The translations under genes and the position numbers were made by a program. The notes under the pieces were generated by a model. That model was given only the letters and a program-made list of their open reading frames with translations. It was not told the origin of the DNA and searched no databases. A stretch of 64,000 nt of DNA from Octopus vulgaris (Eukaryota), in contig OX597826.1 in NCBI GenBank assembly GCA_951406725.2, forward strand, positions 27,342,001-27,406,000, written 5' to 3'. Positions 13,080-29,762 of this stretch are shown here, piece by piece (position 1 is the stretch's first letter; every line of letters starts with the position of its first letter).

Positions 13080-13880
13080 TGTGTGTGTTTGTATATATGC
13101 GTGCGTGTGTGGGCGCACGTGTGTCTGTGTGTATGCTTGTATGCGTGTGTATGTTTGTTCATGCAAATACACATTTCTGTACATAATTCTTCCTAGCGTC
13201 TTGTCAAAATGTCGGAAGTAATAATCAACGCATTAGTCTATTTGAACACGCGCTTTGAATTGATTACAACCTGAGCTGTATATTAAGCAGTCTCACATAT
13301 TTAGTTTAACATATTTCATATTTGATACCAAAAGACACGTATATTTATTTTAATTATAATTATAATTATTTTTATCCTTTTTTTTTTTCTTTTTTCTGAA
13401 GTGACATATATTCCAATCTATATTCGGCGCTGAAATGCTCTTCGAAGGTGCGATCATTCATATGTGGATGCTACTACGATAAAGTTGCTGTCAGGATATT
13501 TAATTACACTGGAGGTTTTCATATGAGAGGAGCATAAACAAATTTATTTGCTCCACAAAGTGCAGAGCGTGTAGTTTCGCTGTTTTGCCTTCGTCAGAAT
13601 ATTCGTAAAATAGGAAATACTAAGCAGTCATTTTGGTTGAAGCTGAGTAGAAACTCAACGCTCCTCACACCAAATGATCTCCTTTCTGTTTCTTATTTTT
13701 CAGGTATGAGATACTGATTCGGTTAATCGAAAAGCTATCTTATGTAAAAGTGTTTTTAATATTGATTGAGTAATATATATATATATGAACCCAAGTAGCA
13801 TTTCTCAGATATCCCTCTTTGTGTGCACGAGGCATAAACACACATACATACACACATACACAAACACACACACACATACT

Positions 13881-13966
<86 letters not shown>

Positions 13967-15421
13967 CAGGTAGGTATGTAGGTAGGTAGGTAGGTAGGTA
14001 GGTAGGTAGGTAGGTAGGTATTTAGGTAGGTAAGTAGGTAGGAGCGTACGTACGTAGCAATAGAGTCAACGCGGTGTTAGAGCCTAATATGCATACACAT
14101 ACTCCAGACTAAAGTGTTGATCAAGTAGAAACCATGATATGTAATTAAATTACAAAGGAGCTGGAATTGCGCGAGCGGCTTTCGAAACTCGTATCTGTTC
14201 CTGCTTTAGGATGCAGTTCACTCAGATTTGAAGGTTTCTGCATCAACTTCACTGCATAGTACCATGTAGCACATAAACTGTCGGCTAATAAATTTGACTA
14301 CGCAAATTCTGTTGACTTGCCATGCGTTTAACTTTATTATAATTTTAATTATATGGACTTTCATATGAATCTTCTAATTTTATATTCGCGAATTTCAATA
14401 AAATACGGACAGACTACACTCGTACATACAAATATATATGTATATACACATATCTATGTATGTATGTTATTGGTAGAAGTCAGGGCATTAGTATTGTTCT
14501 TGCGGCTCTCTTTCCATCTCTGACGAGGCACTCTGGTCTTCCCAGAAGAGGTAAAATTAAATCGAAACTTATATAGAATTGTTTTCTATTCATGATTATA
14601 TCATTTAGATATTTTTTGGCGTTGACTAATACTGATTTTTTTTTAACATCACATAATTAACTCGTTTAACTATATTTCTCCAAATATAGTAACACTAATT
14701 TAACTATCGTTTTAAATGTATTTCTGATGGTATGTACGAATGATTTTTTAATTCTTTACTAACATGATCTCCGACTCCACAGCAACCATAAGCAACAGGC
14801 AATAGGCAAATCACTAAAAAGATTTCGTTTCTCAGCATCAATAACTAACATCAATAATGGAAATAAGGATTAGGGTCAGATAGGAAAGGCTGAGGAGAAA
14901 TAGCTTAGTAAAGAACGCTAAGATAGACCACATGTGATCCATGAAATGAATGGAACAATAGTGGAAGTGTTCGTGCTCTCAGATAATCAAATCAGGAATA
15001 TGATACGGACTCAACTTGAATAATTCATTGGTGGTTAGTTGGTCATCATATTAGTTAGATAGAGTACGCCGGAGTAGCTGATATATGTATTAAATTGTAT
15101 GCATCTTTGTATGTATGCATGTATGTATGTATGTATGTATGTATGTATGTATGTATATGTATGGATGTATGTATGAATGTATGTATGTGTGTGTGTGTCT
15201 GTGTTTATATATGTATGTATGGATGGATGGATGAATGGAGTTATTTGTGTATAGTTATGCATGTATACATGCAAATATATGCAGAAAGCATATGTACGCA
15301 TGCATGTATATGCATATACACACATGCACACATACCCACATCCAGACCCTCATACATACCTATACTCACATACACAAACACAAACACACACACACATATA
15401 AGGGGTGTATGTATTTACGCA

Positions 15422-15463
<42 letters not shown>

Positions 15464-16021
15464 TATACATATACGTGTAAATATATATATACATACATGC
15501 ATGTATGTATAAATACGCATGCATGTATATTTATGCATATATTATATATATACACACACAAATATATATATATATACATATCCATGATACTGATATGTAT
15601 GTATGTGCATGTATGTATTATTATATACATACATAAATATAAGTATGTAAGTATTGGATAAATCACTTGCTCTTGTATATGCCTATGGTTAAAATCTATT
15701 TTTCCTGAACATATAGAAAACCGTAGCATTGTTTTAACTCTATGTGGAAATATTTTAACGTTCTAACTTTTTCCTTTCCTGATTGAACCGTATGTCATGT
15801 TATGCAGAAATATTGTATATTATATATCATTCATAATACACCGCTACAACTCTCACCTTCTCTCTCTCTCTCGTTCCCTCTCTCTCCTCTTCTTTATCAC
15901 CATCTATTTCACAGTTCTCCTTATTTGGGCCAGTGTTTTCTATTATAGTACCATGCTTACCAAAAAACTTTTTGTGGATTCGTCCGAAAAAATTGAAAGA
16001 AACTTGTTGTCTGTGTGTATG

Positions 16022-16061
<40 letters not shown>

Positions 16062-16096
16062 TGCATGTATGTATATATATATATAGACATATAGAC

Positions 16097-16148
<52 letters not shown>

Positions 16149-16157
16149 GTCTATATG

Positions 16158-16235
<78 letters not shown>

Positions 16236-16526
16236 TATGTATATATATAAATCTATGTATGTGTACATATATATATATTTTCAATCTTAGGGAATAATAT
16301 GTATTCCAGCCTATTAGGAGATTTACTATTTTACAATTTACTGATGCATTGTAAAAAGTAGCATTTATAATATTATTACAAATTTTGGATTTTACCAAGA
16401 TTTTACCAAGTGACGACTGTAGTAACATTTTGGAAGACCATAAGGCCAACTGACAAGCCAGTTGAGATATTTCTTTGCTGTAAGGAAGAGGAGAAATATG
16501 ATGATTCAGGCAGAGCCTGCATGTAT

Positions 16527-16611
<85 letters not shown>

Positions 16612-17379
16612 ATATATATATATAATATATACATATATATATATACATATATATATATATGTGTGTGTGTGTGTACAAAATTCCACATAATTTCCGCCTA
16701 CTTAATTCACTCACATGTCATTGGTCCTGCCAGGACTATATTACAGGACACTTGCCCAAGATGCCGCGCAGCGTGATTGAACTTGAACCCTCCAAATAGC
16801 AAACGAGCTTCGGGAATACACATACTTCCCTGAGCCTCATATGTTAAAAGCATTTTTAGTGGACAACGAATCATCTCTTATCAGAATGAGTATTCTATCT
16901 TTTGAAAACATTCTTCATTGGTTTTGAATTTTGGTATTCAGTGCCATTTAACTGTTTGAGATCGGGTGTAGCAGATAAGATACGTGATATGTTATCTTTA
17001 TGAGCCGGGTACTTTATTCTGGGACAATGTAATAATTTATTTTTCCATTAAAAACGGGTGTGGTATTCAGACCATTTAGCAACAATTCCTCACCATACAC
17101 TAAAAAGTTTTCTTGGGTACACAGGCCACCCGTTTTTATCTGAGTAGAATGTATGAAATAGCTATTTCATAATAGCTCACAGTATTCAAGTAACTTAACC
17201 TTTTAAGTAATGGGTGTGATAATATATTATTCCTGGGACCTGGGTGTGGCACACGAACAAAAACCCCAAAAAAGAATATTTTTCTTCTTATGAAAGTCGG
17301 GTGTGGTATCTGAACAATTTAAAACTCATTCTGAGTTTAAGTCATTTTCTTGAATAAACTACCCGACTTAGAGTTATTC

Positions 17380-17601
17380 TTTTATTCTTTTATTTTGTTT
17401 GTCATATGACTGCTGCCATGCTGGAGCACCGCCTTTAGACAAACGAATCGAGCCCCAGAACTTATTCTTCCTAAGTTTAGTACTGTTTCTATTGGTCTCT
17501 TTTGATGAACCGCTATCTTACGGGGACGTAAACACACCATCTGTAGAAAAGCAATGGTGGGTGGGACAAATACACACAAACACACACACACACACACACA
17601 T

Positions 17602-17638
<37 letters not shown>

Positions 17639-17800
17639 CATATATAGTACGGACTTCTTTCAGCTTCCGTCTACCAAATTCACTCACAAGGCTGTAGTCG
17701 ACCCGAGCCCATAGTAGAAGACATTTATCCAAGGTGCCATACATTGGGACTGAACCTGGAACCATGTGGTTGGGAAACAAGCTACTTACCACAGAGTCTC
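17380..17800 (-). mobile_element. SINE family A copy
   Basis: Full-length reverse match to 31301-31735. Confidence 0.85.
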
Positions 17801-18233
17801 GCTTGCGCATTCAGTTGATGTAACTCTGGATGCATGGTTAAAGGGTTCTCTTCCTAAGTATGGATATGGTGTCCGGTTCTATGCTGAATCATTTATACAA
17901 ATTGTCATGTACCCAGAGACCCTGTGAATCAAATTTCATACATGGTAACTGTGAAGAAATCTGCCGTGTAACTCTTCGTACTCTTGCCAAGTATACCGAA
18001 TTTTTTAACCGGTTTAGCACAACCCTCTGGACCTCAGGTCCTTTAGAGGAGACCTTTGTTTTGCAAGCGTTCGCCGCTTAACTCTGAAAGGAAACTAACC
18101 TTCTTTCTCATTCCCATCAAACATGCACTCCGGGGAAAGGACCCTGGCCACCGACATTGTTCTGGGCAGAAATGCTGAAATACGCTTAGTAGTATTAATA
18201 GCACTCCTACTGCTGCTGCTGCTGCTGCTGCTG

Positions 18234-18267
<34 letters not shown>

Positions 18268-18497
18268 AAATGATCCTTTCCATCATAAGCACAACGCCTG
18301 CAATTTTGCGGGGGGGTTTTAGTCGTTTACATTGACATCAGTGTTTCACCGGCACTTACTTTATCGACCCCGACATGATGAAAAGCAAAGTCGACCACAG
18401 CATAATTTGAACAGAGAACGTAAATACGGACGAAATGCCGCTAAGTATTTTACCCGGTGCGCTAACGATTCTACCAGATCGCCGCCTTGATGATAAT

Positions 18498-18539
<42 letters not shown>

Positions 18540-18542
18540 TAT

Positions 18543-18577
<35 letters not shown>

Positions 18578-18594
18578 TGATGATGATGATGATG

Positions 18595-18655
<61 letters not shown>

Positions 18656-19000
18656 GTAGAAGAAGAAGAAGAAGAAGAAGAAGAAGAAGAAGAAGAAGAA
18701 GAAGAAGAAGAGCTTTAAATTTTGACACAAGATCAGCAAATATGCGAGAGGGTTAAATCGATTACATTGGCCCAGTACGCAACTGGTACTTATTTTATCG
18801 AACCCGAATGGAAGAAAGACAACGTCGACTTCGGTGGCATTTGAACTCAGGACGAAATACTGCTAATCTTTTTGCTCGATCGGCTAACGATTGTGCTAGC
18901 TCAACAATATACGTAATATCGGCCAAAAAAACAACACCACCAAATGTTGTAAGATTTCCCATGTTCTGTCCATAATTTCAGAATCACTTATTATTATTAT

Positions 19001-19286
19001 ATATAAGAAATATTGAATTTCTAAATCTCTCGTAGAGACCTGTACGGTGGTGGGGCGATAGAATGGTTGTATACTGTCAATCTAACAAGAACGTGACAGT
19101 AGGGGGTACACCACCGTTGTATAGCACTAGGAGGCATCGAACGCCTCCTGACAGCTTCGACACATTTTTTTCCTGTGTCCTTATATACATATACGAAGGG
19201 GAGACAAACACCCCCAACCGCCAGAACTGCATCTAGGGACACCGTGTTTCAGGATCATTATCCTTCATCGGCCTAGAGTAGCAGAC
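19001..19286 (-). mobile_element. Hammerhead element family H1 (retrozyme/Penelope pLTR-like), single copy
   Basis: Matches 55291-55460 and the reverse complement of 55571-55798; short (TTA)n on both sides. Confidence 0.8.
19232..19277 (-). ncRNA. Type-I hammerhead ribozyme motif (U4C core)
   Basis: Reverse complement: TCTAGG-CCGATGA-AGGAT-aatg-ATCCT-GAAA-CAC-g-GTG-TC-CCTAGA; 6-bp stem I, 5-bp stem II, GUC site. Confidence 0.8.
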
Positions 19287-19574
19287 ATTATTATTATTAG
19301 TTACAGATCAATGACGAAGAATTAAACCGAAATTCTTTGCCGTACGGCAATAGATCAGAATAAACTTTGTTGTTATGTCCAAGATAAAGATTTTAAAAGA
19401 TAATTTCTTTAAGCAGCTTTTCTATACATATTTTACAGGGACCATTTGTAGCTGTTAGTTATCTCCTATCGGTCACTGTTTCCCCCCCTCCCATGCCTCT
19501 CAAACACAGACATACATTCTTTGTCCCTGCCCGTTTCTCTCTGAGGTGTTTTCATATATAAGCATATATGCATA

Positions 19575-19664
<90 letters not shown>

Positions 19665-19775
19665 CATATATAGATAGATATAGATATATAGATGTATATT
19701 TATGTACATATGAATGTGGATATATATATATATATATATATATGTACATACATACGTACATATATATATATATGC

Positions 19776-19808
<33 letters not shown>

Positions 19809-21439
19809 TAGATAGATAGATAGATAGATATACATATATTCACATCTAAACGCACACACGCACTTGTATACAGTCTCTCCCTCACACACACATACATACA
19901 TACATACATACATACATACAAAAGAGAGTAGAGGAGACAAGTTATGTGTTAGTATGATTAGCGAGTAAATCCGTAAGAAAAGTGGAAGACTTAATATCTG
20001 AACAATATTCATGTTGTGACTTTATAAAACATCTAAAATTTATATTCAGTGACAAAACAATGTTGTAAATCTCAAGAAAACACACACACACACACATACA
20101 TCAAGATTTCAATATCTTACAGTCTATACATTCGATTAATTCAGAAATCACAGATGACACACGTGAGCTGTTGATGATAGGTTATAGTTCGAATTATCTA
20201 TATCCCTGTAAAATAAGTATAAAATAACAGCTTAAGGGATATGTTTAATTATAGATTTACAGGCTTGACTAGGTGTAGTTAATAGTTATGGTAGAATTAT
20301 AGTAGAACTTGCACAGGAAAAAATATTTGTGGCAGTTCTTTCTAAGTTTACATTTTGATATCAAATTCCACCAATGTCATCTTTGCATTTCATCCTTGCA
20401 GCATCGTTAAAATAAGTACCAGTTGAACACTGGTATCGATGTAATCGATTTGCTCCTCTCCTGATATTACTGGCCCTGTGCTAAAACTTAGGACCAGTTT
20501 TTATGTTAGAGTTTATTTGCGTAAAGTCAATGTTTATCTCCCTTGAAACTTAGAGCTTCACACGTACCGCCGGCAATTGTTTACGCTTTCTAACAATGAA
20601 TGGCAGAAAACAAGCTTTAAGCAGGAGTATCAGCGTTCCGTTGAGGTCATATAATAAGCTTTGCTGTTAAGTTTTGGGAGTTGATAATAGTTAATGCTAG
20701 TTAATTAACACTTATTATCTGTCGTATGATTTAGCAGCAATCGCAATGTGTATATTTGTGTGGATGTCAAAAAAATGTTGCATTTGAAACATACTAAACT
20801 GTTTTGTCATCTGTTTGGAATGGCGCAATTGATCCTGCATTTTCAGTAACTGCGAATTTTGCGTTGGCTTCTAACGGTTAGGATATAATACTTTCTTAAC
20901 ATGCTCTCCAACGCTGTTGACTGTTCACTGGTACACCAAGCTGTTCTTGACAAAAGGTGACATAAAAATTCGTCAAATGTATATCGAACTCCCTTTATAT
21001 TTCAGAAACTAGCGATAACCCAAGTTTATATCGTATGTTCCTACATGTGTTTCACCAATTCGTTCTTTTGAACTCTGCATTGGATATTTCACGTAAAATT
21101 ATATGCTTAACCACAAAGGATCATCAGGGAACATTTTATTGCATTATGTTACAAAAGCTAATGTCTAGTGTTGGGTGGATGGTGAATCATTTTAAAAGTT
21201 AAGAGAGGGGTAAGAAGGAAAGGAATCAGCATGGAAAGAGAAAAAGGAAATTGGAAAGAAGAGAATGAGAGGGAGAAGAGGGAAAAAAAGAGAGCATAGA
21301 GAAAAAGAGAGAGGAAAAAGAGAAAGTGAGATAAGTACAAACTTAGTAAGAAAGAAAGAAAGAAAAAAAGAAACCAAAACTTAAATTAAAGGAGTAAACA
21401 AAATTATGTTGACTGAATACTTGAGACATCCTTTCAGTC

Positions 21440-21740
21440 ATGAATGACCATGGAATTGCACCTAGAAAGTCCGGGCAAGGTTGTTTATGGAAGGCCAACA
21501 GTCACCCTTGCATACCGGCCTTCCCTCTCCACACCGCTGATGTTATCCAAAAGAAAGGCAAAGGCCAATACAGCTTGGCACCAGTGCTGTCGCAACTCAT
21601 TTCTACAGTTGAGTGAACTGGAGCAACGTGAAATATAGTGTCATGCTCAAGAACACAACACGCAGCCCGGTCCTGGAATCGAACTCACAACCTCACGATC
21701 GTAAGCTCGACGCTCTAACCACCGAGCCATGAGCCTTCAC
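21440..21740 (-). mobile_element. tRNA(Arg)-like SINE with CORE-like central region
   Basis: Reverse-complement head TGGCTCGGTGGTTAGAGCG..CTTACGATC..GAGTTCGATTCC (A and B boxes), then TTCTTGAGCATGACAC..GTTGCTCCAGTTCACTCA. The CORE resemblance is from recall. Confidence 0.65.
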
Positions 21741-21943
21741 GTAGTATAATAGTAAATTATGAGAAATGGATACATAAATAATAATACACTCAAGAGAGGA
21801 AGAAAAGGAAAAGAGCAAGTTAATGAATGAATAGTGAGAAAGAGGCAGCAAGAGATTATAAAATAGAGGAGTGTTGCAAATTTGTGAGTCAGTTAAGATT
21901 CATTGAAACCGAAACAATTCGGAAAATTAATATCAACACAAAT

Positions 21944-21944
21944 A

Positions 21945-22032
<88 letters not shown>

Positions 22033-22041
22033 TGTGTATGT

Positions 22042-22090
<49 letters not shown>

Positions 22091-22127
22091 TGTATGTGTG
22101 TGTGTGTGTGTATGTGTGTGTGTATGT

Positions 22128-22221
<94 letters not shown>
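21944..22221. repeat. Long (TG)n microsatellite
   Basis: Directly visible. Confidence 0.98.
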
Positions 22222-22224
<3 letters not shown>

Positions 22225-22689
22225 AATAACTATGGGTAGGTCATGGTCTCTCGCAGAATAGGTGTCCAAAAGTCACTCTGTTTATTACAGAAGGACTAAT
22301 TCTAAACACACATACCTTTGTAGATCAAAATGGATCTGCAGTAAAAAGCATTGACCATAGAAATTTATAGTCAATACTTTTTAATTTTGAGTTATGTATA
22401 TATTCGGAAAGTTATCTGGAATGACTGCGTCTTGTGTCAGAACGAGAATTTTTATGCGTATTCAATCTGTTTTTAAAATCTTTGGATGATCCTACACTAA
22501 ATTTAATGATGCGTTTTATAAGATTGCACTTGTAGACATCATTCTTTTTATAGCATTTCCCGCTGAAAGAGTAGCCAGTCCCTTCCAGCTTGGAATTACC
22601 AGTGTAGTATCCTGGAACATGAAACAGCTCATCATACCGCATAGGCGGTGAACACGTAGAAACAATCAACCACGTGATATAATCTCTGA

Positions 22690-23200
22690 ATGCAACAGAC
22701 TGGCACCAACAAAACACTTGCAAAGGCATGACAGGGTAGGTAACTCAGTACATATACTGCTCAATATGCCGCACATACAACCTCCCTCACAAGAACAATT
22801 GGTGAAAATACAAACCATCAGAAGTTGTTGCCCAGAATGCCGAGTAATTTCAGTGTTCAGAATGATCTGAAAATACAGGGAAATCGACCTGACCTCATTC
22901 TGGAAAATCATTTTGAAATGACTTGTCTTCTGATTCATGCCGCAGCTCGGCTGACAGATACACATCTCCGAAACGTTTGAAAGCTGAGTAAATATCAGGA
23001 CTGACCTGGAGATTAAAATCAGTATAATGTGTCATATCAAAACAAAATTACCTATTATCACTGGGGCGCACGAAATGATATTAAGAGTAACAAACAAGTA
23101 CGTAGACCAGATCCCTTGCAACCCCAAAATAACCGAATTTCAAAACATTATACTTATGGTTACCATTCATATTCTCCGTAAATTCTCCTCCAAGTGATTG
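22690..23200 (+). pseudogene. Degenerate R4/Dong-type endonuclease region
   Basis: Fragments LAPTKHLQRHDRVG, NRPDL, KLSKYQD and QNIILMVTIHILRKF parallel the 40650-41160 translation; a (CTA)/(TAA) tract follows. Confidence 0.65.
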
Positions 23201-23388
23201 CAACATTATTCACCCTGTTTTATCTTTGTTTCACAGATGTCGCACGCCACCGCACTAGTCAACGTCTTTAGACGTAAAACACTGTTGGCCCTGGACGTCT
23301 CTGATGGAAGCTTCAGTACAATTCTTTTAAATTAAAACAAAACCAGAACATAATGATTCTACTACTACTACAACTACTACTACTACTT

Positions 23389-23514
<126 letters not shown>

Positions 23515-23547
23515 TTAATAATAATAATAATAATGATAATAATGATA

Positions 23548-23578
<31 letters not shown>

Positions 23579-23860
23579 TGATAAAAATAATAATAGAAGC
23601 AAAATGATAGAAAAGACGAAGATCAACAATAACAAAAAAATACAAGGACCAGGAGTATCTAAACGAGAAGACGAACACGAAATAATAATTATGGGAACAA
23701 AAATGAAAGCAGGATGATATGGAAAAAAATCAGAACTGTCAGGAATAGAGAAGACAAAAAAACAACCCAACAAAATAACGAAATTTATACAGTAATTTTT
23801 CATAACAACAGCAACAACAATTTAACAATAACAAAAATAATAGCAACAGCTATGATGATG

Positions 23861-23927
<67 letters not shown>

Positions 23928-23982
23928 TAATAATAATAATAATAATAATGATAATAAAAATAATAATAATAATGATAATAAA

Positions 23983-24067
<85 letters not shown>

Positions 24068-24534
24068 GTAATTATAATACCAATAATATGAATGCAAATA
24101 TGCAGCCTTCTAAAAATAAATTGTCGCTCTGGTAATTTCATGTCATCTTTTTGTAAAAATTATCTTGCATGCAGTTTGCCATATATCGTAGTAATATTTG
24201 ACAAAGTAATATATTCTTTAAGAGAAATGGGAATAAAACGTCTCCTTGGAATATGCTTGCAGTTGCTGTTGATTTAAAATGTTCGGTTTACAACTTTAGC
24301 TGTGAACGGAAACATTCATAGTCGGAGTATATCATCTTTATCTCTTGACAAATTTCATAATTGCCCAATTATCAACATCTAACATGTTTTTTATATGATG
24401 TTACATAGCATATCATATCATACAATATACCATGGTTTGCATTATATTTTATATTATTAAAATATAATAATTTTGATACGTTATACAGGGTATGTGTATG
24501 TGGGTTTATGTTCGCGCTAATGCTGTCTAGCTAG

Positions 24535-24656
<122 letters not shown>

Positions 24657-24671
24657 CTCTATATATTTATA

Positions 24672-24735
<64 letters not shown>

Positions 24736-25275
24736 CATCTGTCTATCTATTTGTTACTTATATATTTAACTCTCTCTGTCTCTATGTGTGTGCGTACGTA
24801 TATATTCTTTCTTTTTATTCTTTTACTTGTTTCAGTCATTTGACTGCGGCCATGCTGGAGCACCGCCTTTAGTCGAGCAAATCGCCCCAATGACTTATTC
24901 ATTCTAGTGCTTATTATATCAGTCCTTTTGGCCGAACCGAACTAAGTTACGGGGACGTAAACAAACCAGCATCGGTTGTCAAGAGATGTTGTGGGAACAA
25001 ACACGGAGGCACATGCACAAATACGACGGGCTTCTTTTCAGAAAATAGTACAAAAGTCAAATCTACATTTAAAAAAAAAGATTTCCATCTTATACATCCA
25101 TACATCCACACACACACTCACACACACACAGGCATATATATATATACACGTTCATTCTGGTGTATATGTATGTGTAGCTCGTTCTCTCTCACTTTCTATA
25201 TATTTCTCTCTCTCTGATTCTCTGCCTCTATTTCTTTCTTTCTTGTTTCTTTCTTTCTGTATTTATAAGTATGCT

Positions 25276-25339
<64 letters not shown>

Positions 25340-25512
25340 TATAAATACTTGGATACTTGGATATAGGTTTCTATATATCCCTGTGTGTATGCCGTAATAG
25401 ATAGATAGTTACATTTTACGTACTTAAAGACGTATATACATACATATAAACATATATACATAAAGAAATACACGCATACATACATGCATGTATACATACA
25501 TACATACATACA

Positions 25513-25543
<31 letters not shown>

Positions 25544-27006
25544 TCAGCTTTGAATTCTTTTATTTATGTGTGCTTCAAAGCCAAACGTCATGTATGGTAT
25601 TGAGGAATAAATTCGACATCGCTATCATTTTCTTATTTCCGGTTCCGGTTTAAAAGAAATTACATTCTAATGGATGGCATAAAGAAAGAAAAGCATTCTT
25701 GATAGGACATTAGATCAAGTTGATCTGGATGAGTTAAAGGCTTCACGTGATTATTTTAAAGTGAGCTGTTTCGTACTTTAGTAGACTATTCATATGCTAA
25801 CTATGTCGATTAATTTGAATTCTCTGTAAGCTCCACCGTAGTCGAGGAGACCAGTATTTCAAAAATGTAATATGTAAAATTTGAGGATAGCGGAAGAATT
25901 ATATTAAAGAATATTCAACATTTTGTTGGAATTTGAAAAGCGATAGAATATTCGCTAAAAAGTGATGTCTTAACGGTCGGTTATTTTTGCTAAATACCAG
26001 CTTGAAATTTTGTTGCCTGCTGTGGTTCTACGAGGTTATAATGAAAACACGTGATACTTCAACCAAGAGAAATAGAAAAGTAAGTTGCGGTTTAAGTTAG
26101 CGAGATGGCAGGATCGTTAGCACGTCGGACAATTAGTTTAGTAGCATTTCTTCCTGTTGTTTATTTATTCAGTTCAAATCCTGCTGAGGTTAACTTTGCT
26201 TTTCTTCACTTCGGGGTCAGTTTGAAGAGATTTTGTACTACTCTTCTAGCAAACTCGAACAGTTTCTAAGGAGTCGTGGTTCTGACCTTCTGCCTGACTA
26301 AAAAAAAAAAAAATTATAAAGGATAGAAAAGAAAATTAAGCCAGCAAATTGTCAGAAGCGCAAAATGTAGAGCAGCAAATTCTTTTTCTTATCCTGCGCT
26401 AGTTGTTTTAAGACTTGCAGTTCTCCTTGATTGCAAAATAATAATCTAGATTGTCTCTGCTGCCAATGGTGTTCAGACATTCAAGAAAGAGTAAGTGTAA
26501 CCCCTAGATTTGCTTCCAGAACTCAGAAATCTAGGATAAATATTGTAAGTCGTCCCTTCTAACGCTCTCACATTTCCGTCAATGCACCACCCTGTTTTGG
26601 TACATATTTTTATTAACCCCAAAGGATAAAATGCAAGTCCATCCTTGGCGTGATTTGAACTCAGAACGCTGGAACAAATTCCGCCACGCAACTTATCCAC
26701 TGCACTAGCAAGTCTGCCAATGCACCTTATTCTACGTTCTCTTTGATTAAATGTATTTGTAAAATTACCTAAAATTGTGTTACTAAGATTCATAGGAATC
26801 TCACTTTTATGAAGATCCCAATAAGTAGAGAATTATATTCCCCAAATTGAGCCCTCTACTGGGATCTTTCTGAAACAGTTACTATTTCAATTCATTTATT
26901 TATCTATTCCAGGTTTTACATGTACCAAACACTTGCGAATTCATTCCTTCATTCATAAATTTCTTTGAATCCATGTAGAGTATACGGCACCAACAAAAGA
27001 TCTCTA

Positions 27007-27588
<582 letters not shown>

Positions 27589-27624
27589 AAAAGATCTCTA
27601 TCTGTTTCGATGTTAGGCAAATTA

Positions 27625-27930
27625 CTGCAAAACTCCAGTTTTGGCGGGGCTGCCAGTGCCTTGGTTTCTTTGGTTTCTCTGTGTTGGTTTTGGTCAGCCA
27701 CGCTTCAGTCTCCCTCCGGAGTCGAACCATCGGCCACCGGGGTCGAAACAAGCCTTTCTTTGTAATGTTGGAAACATGGTTCCATACACTATGTCTTGTC
27801 TTAGCCAACACCGTTTCCTTTTCTTGATTTTATTTGTCGGAGAATTTCATACTTTATTCCTGTGTTATGTTCGAAATCTATTCTTGGTCTTCGTTCTGTT
27901 GAAATGTCATAAAGCCATAGCACCGACTAC
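27625..27930 (-). pseudogene. Probable RTE-clade LINE C-terminal remnant
   Basis: Frame-shifted pieces KIKKRKRCWL, NITKKGL, RRETEA and RQNW resemble RTE ORF C-termini (recall). Confidence 0.45.
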
Positions 27931-28070
27931 TTATTGAGCTGTTGTTCACACTGAGAAATTAAATATCTCCTTTTTGAGAACTTAATTTATATTGCCTAGG
28001 TTTGATGTGTGACAATCTGCTTATGTCCTACTTGTAAGAAGAATATAAATCGAAGTGTGTGTTTGTGTGA

Positions 28071-28111
<41 letters not shown>

Positions 28112-29598
28112 TGTGTGTGTGTGTGTATGTATCTATGTATATGTGTATGCATGTATGCGTATATATATATATGCATTTGTATATAAACATATATATATAT
28201 ATATATACTCACATCTCTTTGTCTGACTGCTTCTCTATCTGTCGTCTCTCAGTCAGTTCCTCTACCCCTCTCTCTCTCTCTTTCTTTCTCTCTCGCTCTC
28301 ACACAGACAGAGAGATGGATAGATGGATAGACAGATACATAGATAAATAAACACACACATATGTATATGTATGTACATAGACCTTTGTAAAAATGGTCTC
28401 AGCAATAGTAGATCAGTCTGTGGAATCTTCATTTGTTTTGAATCTTTAATCTTTAATCACTGATGCCTGTCGTTGATAATTAATGCTCCTAATTGAAACA
28501 AAGTACGCAGAGAAATTTATATTAAGATTGACGATGGAGAAATGTTTGTTGCGTTGTTGATGGTGGTGGTACTGGTGGTGGTGATGGTGGTAGTAATGGT
28601 GCTGGAGATGCTGGTGATGACTACGACGATGAAGGTAAGGGCGAAGAACGACGACAACGAAAACTACGATGATAATCCCGCCAATGATGTCGATCATCAT
28701 AATCATCGTCATCTTAATCATCAAGAGGAAGATGTTAGCAGCTACGATGCTGTTGAAAATGATGGCAAGAACAAAGAGAATAAACTCGACTTAGTTTCTA
28801 TCCGTGTAAAGATCAGCACTATAGCTTATCCAAAACACATACATCAGGCCATCATTGTACAAACATGTGCTGATTGGTGGACTTTCCGTTTAAGCTCACG
28901 AGTTACAAGCCCATCCACAGTATAATTTTTATTTTAAACTTTTAATTCTTAATTTTTGATCTTTATTGCTTAATTGTATTGCTTTTTTTTTTTAAAGGAT
29001 GTAAAATTAGATTTGATTTGATTTTGATTTTTCCAGTTTCAGCTAATGAGCTGTGGCCATGCTGGGGCACCGCCATTAAATATTTTGAAAAAGAACCTGA
29101 AGATGTGTTGGAATAATTGTAAATCTGACGCTTGCATATATGTATACATACATACATATGTATATATATATATATACATACATATATATACATATATATG
29201 TATATGTACACACACACAAACACACACATATATATATATATACATACATACATATATATATACATCTGTGTATATGTATATATATTGTAATCTTCCAATA
29301 CTGAAACATGTATAGTTACTTCATATTTAATATATTTTAGTATGAACTAAAGTAGGATATAATTAATATATACCCTGCTGATAATTTTGGTAATATACAT
29401 TAAGTATTACTTCGTGATGTGCAAACTGATACCATGAGTTTGCTTTCAGATGTACTCATCAGGATATTTTTGTATTATCTGAAATAGAATACCCGTATAT
29501 CGACTCATTCACCCCAAATTGTGTGTGAGTATATATATATATATATATATATATGTACGTATGTATGTATGTATGTATATAAATATGTATATATACAT

Positions 29599-29762
<164 letters not shown>

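Noticed and set aside
13390-13710. Non-repetitive segment ending CAG/GTATGA, possible exon
   Set aside because: No ORF or homology evidence; cannot be called without RNA-seq.
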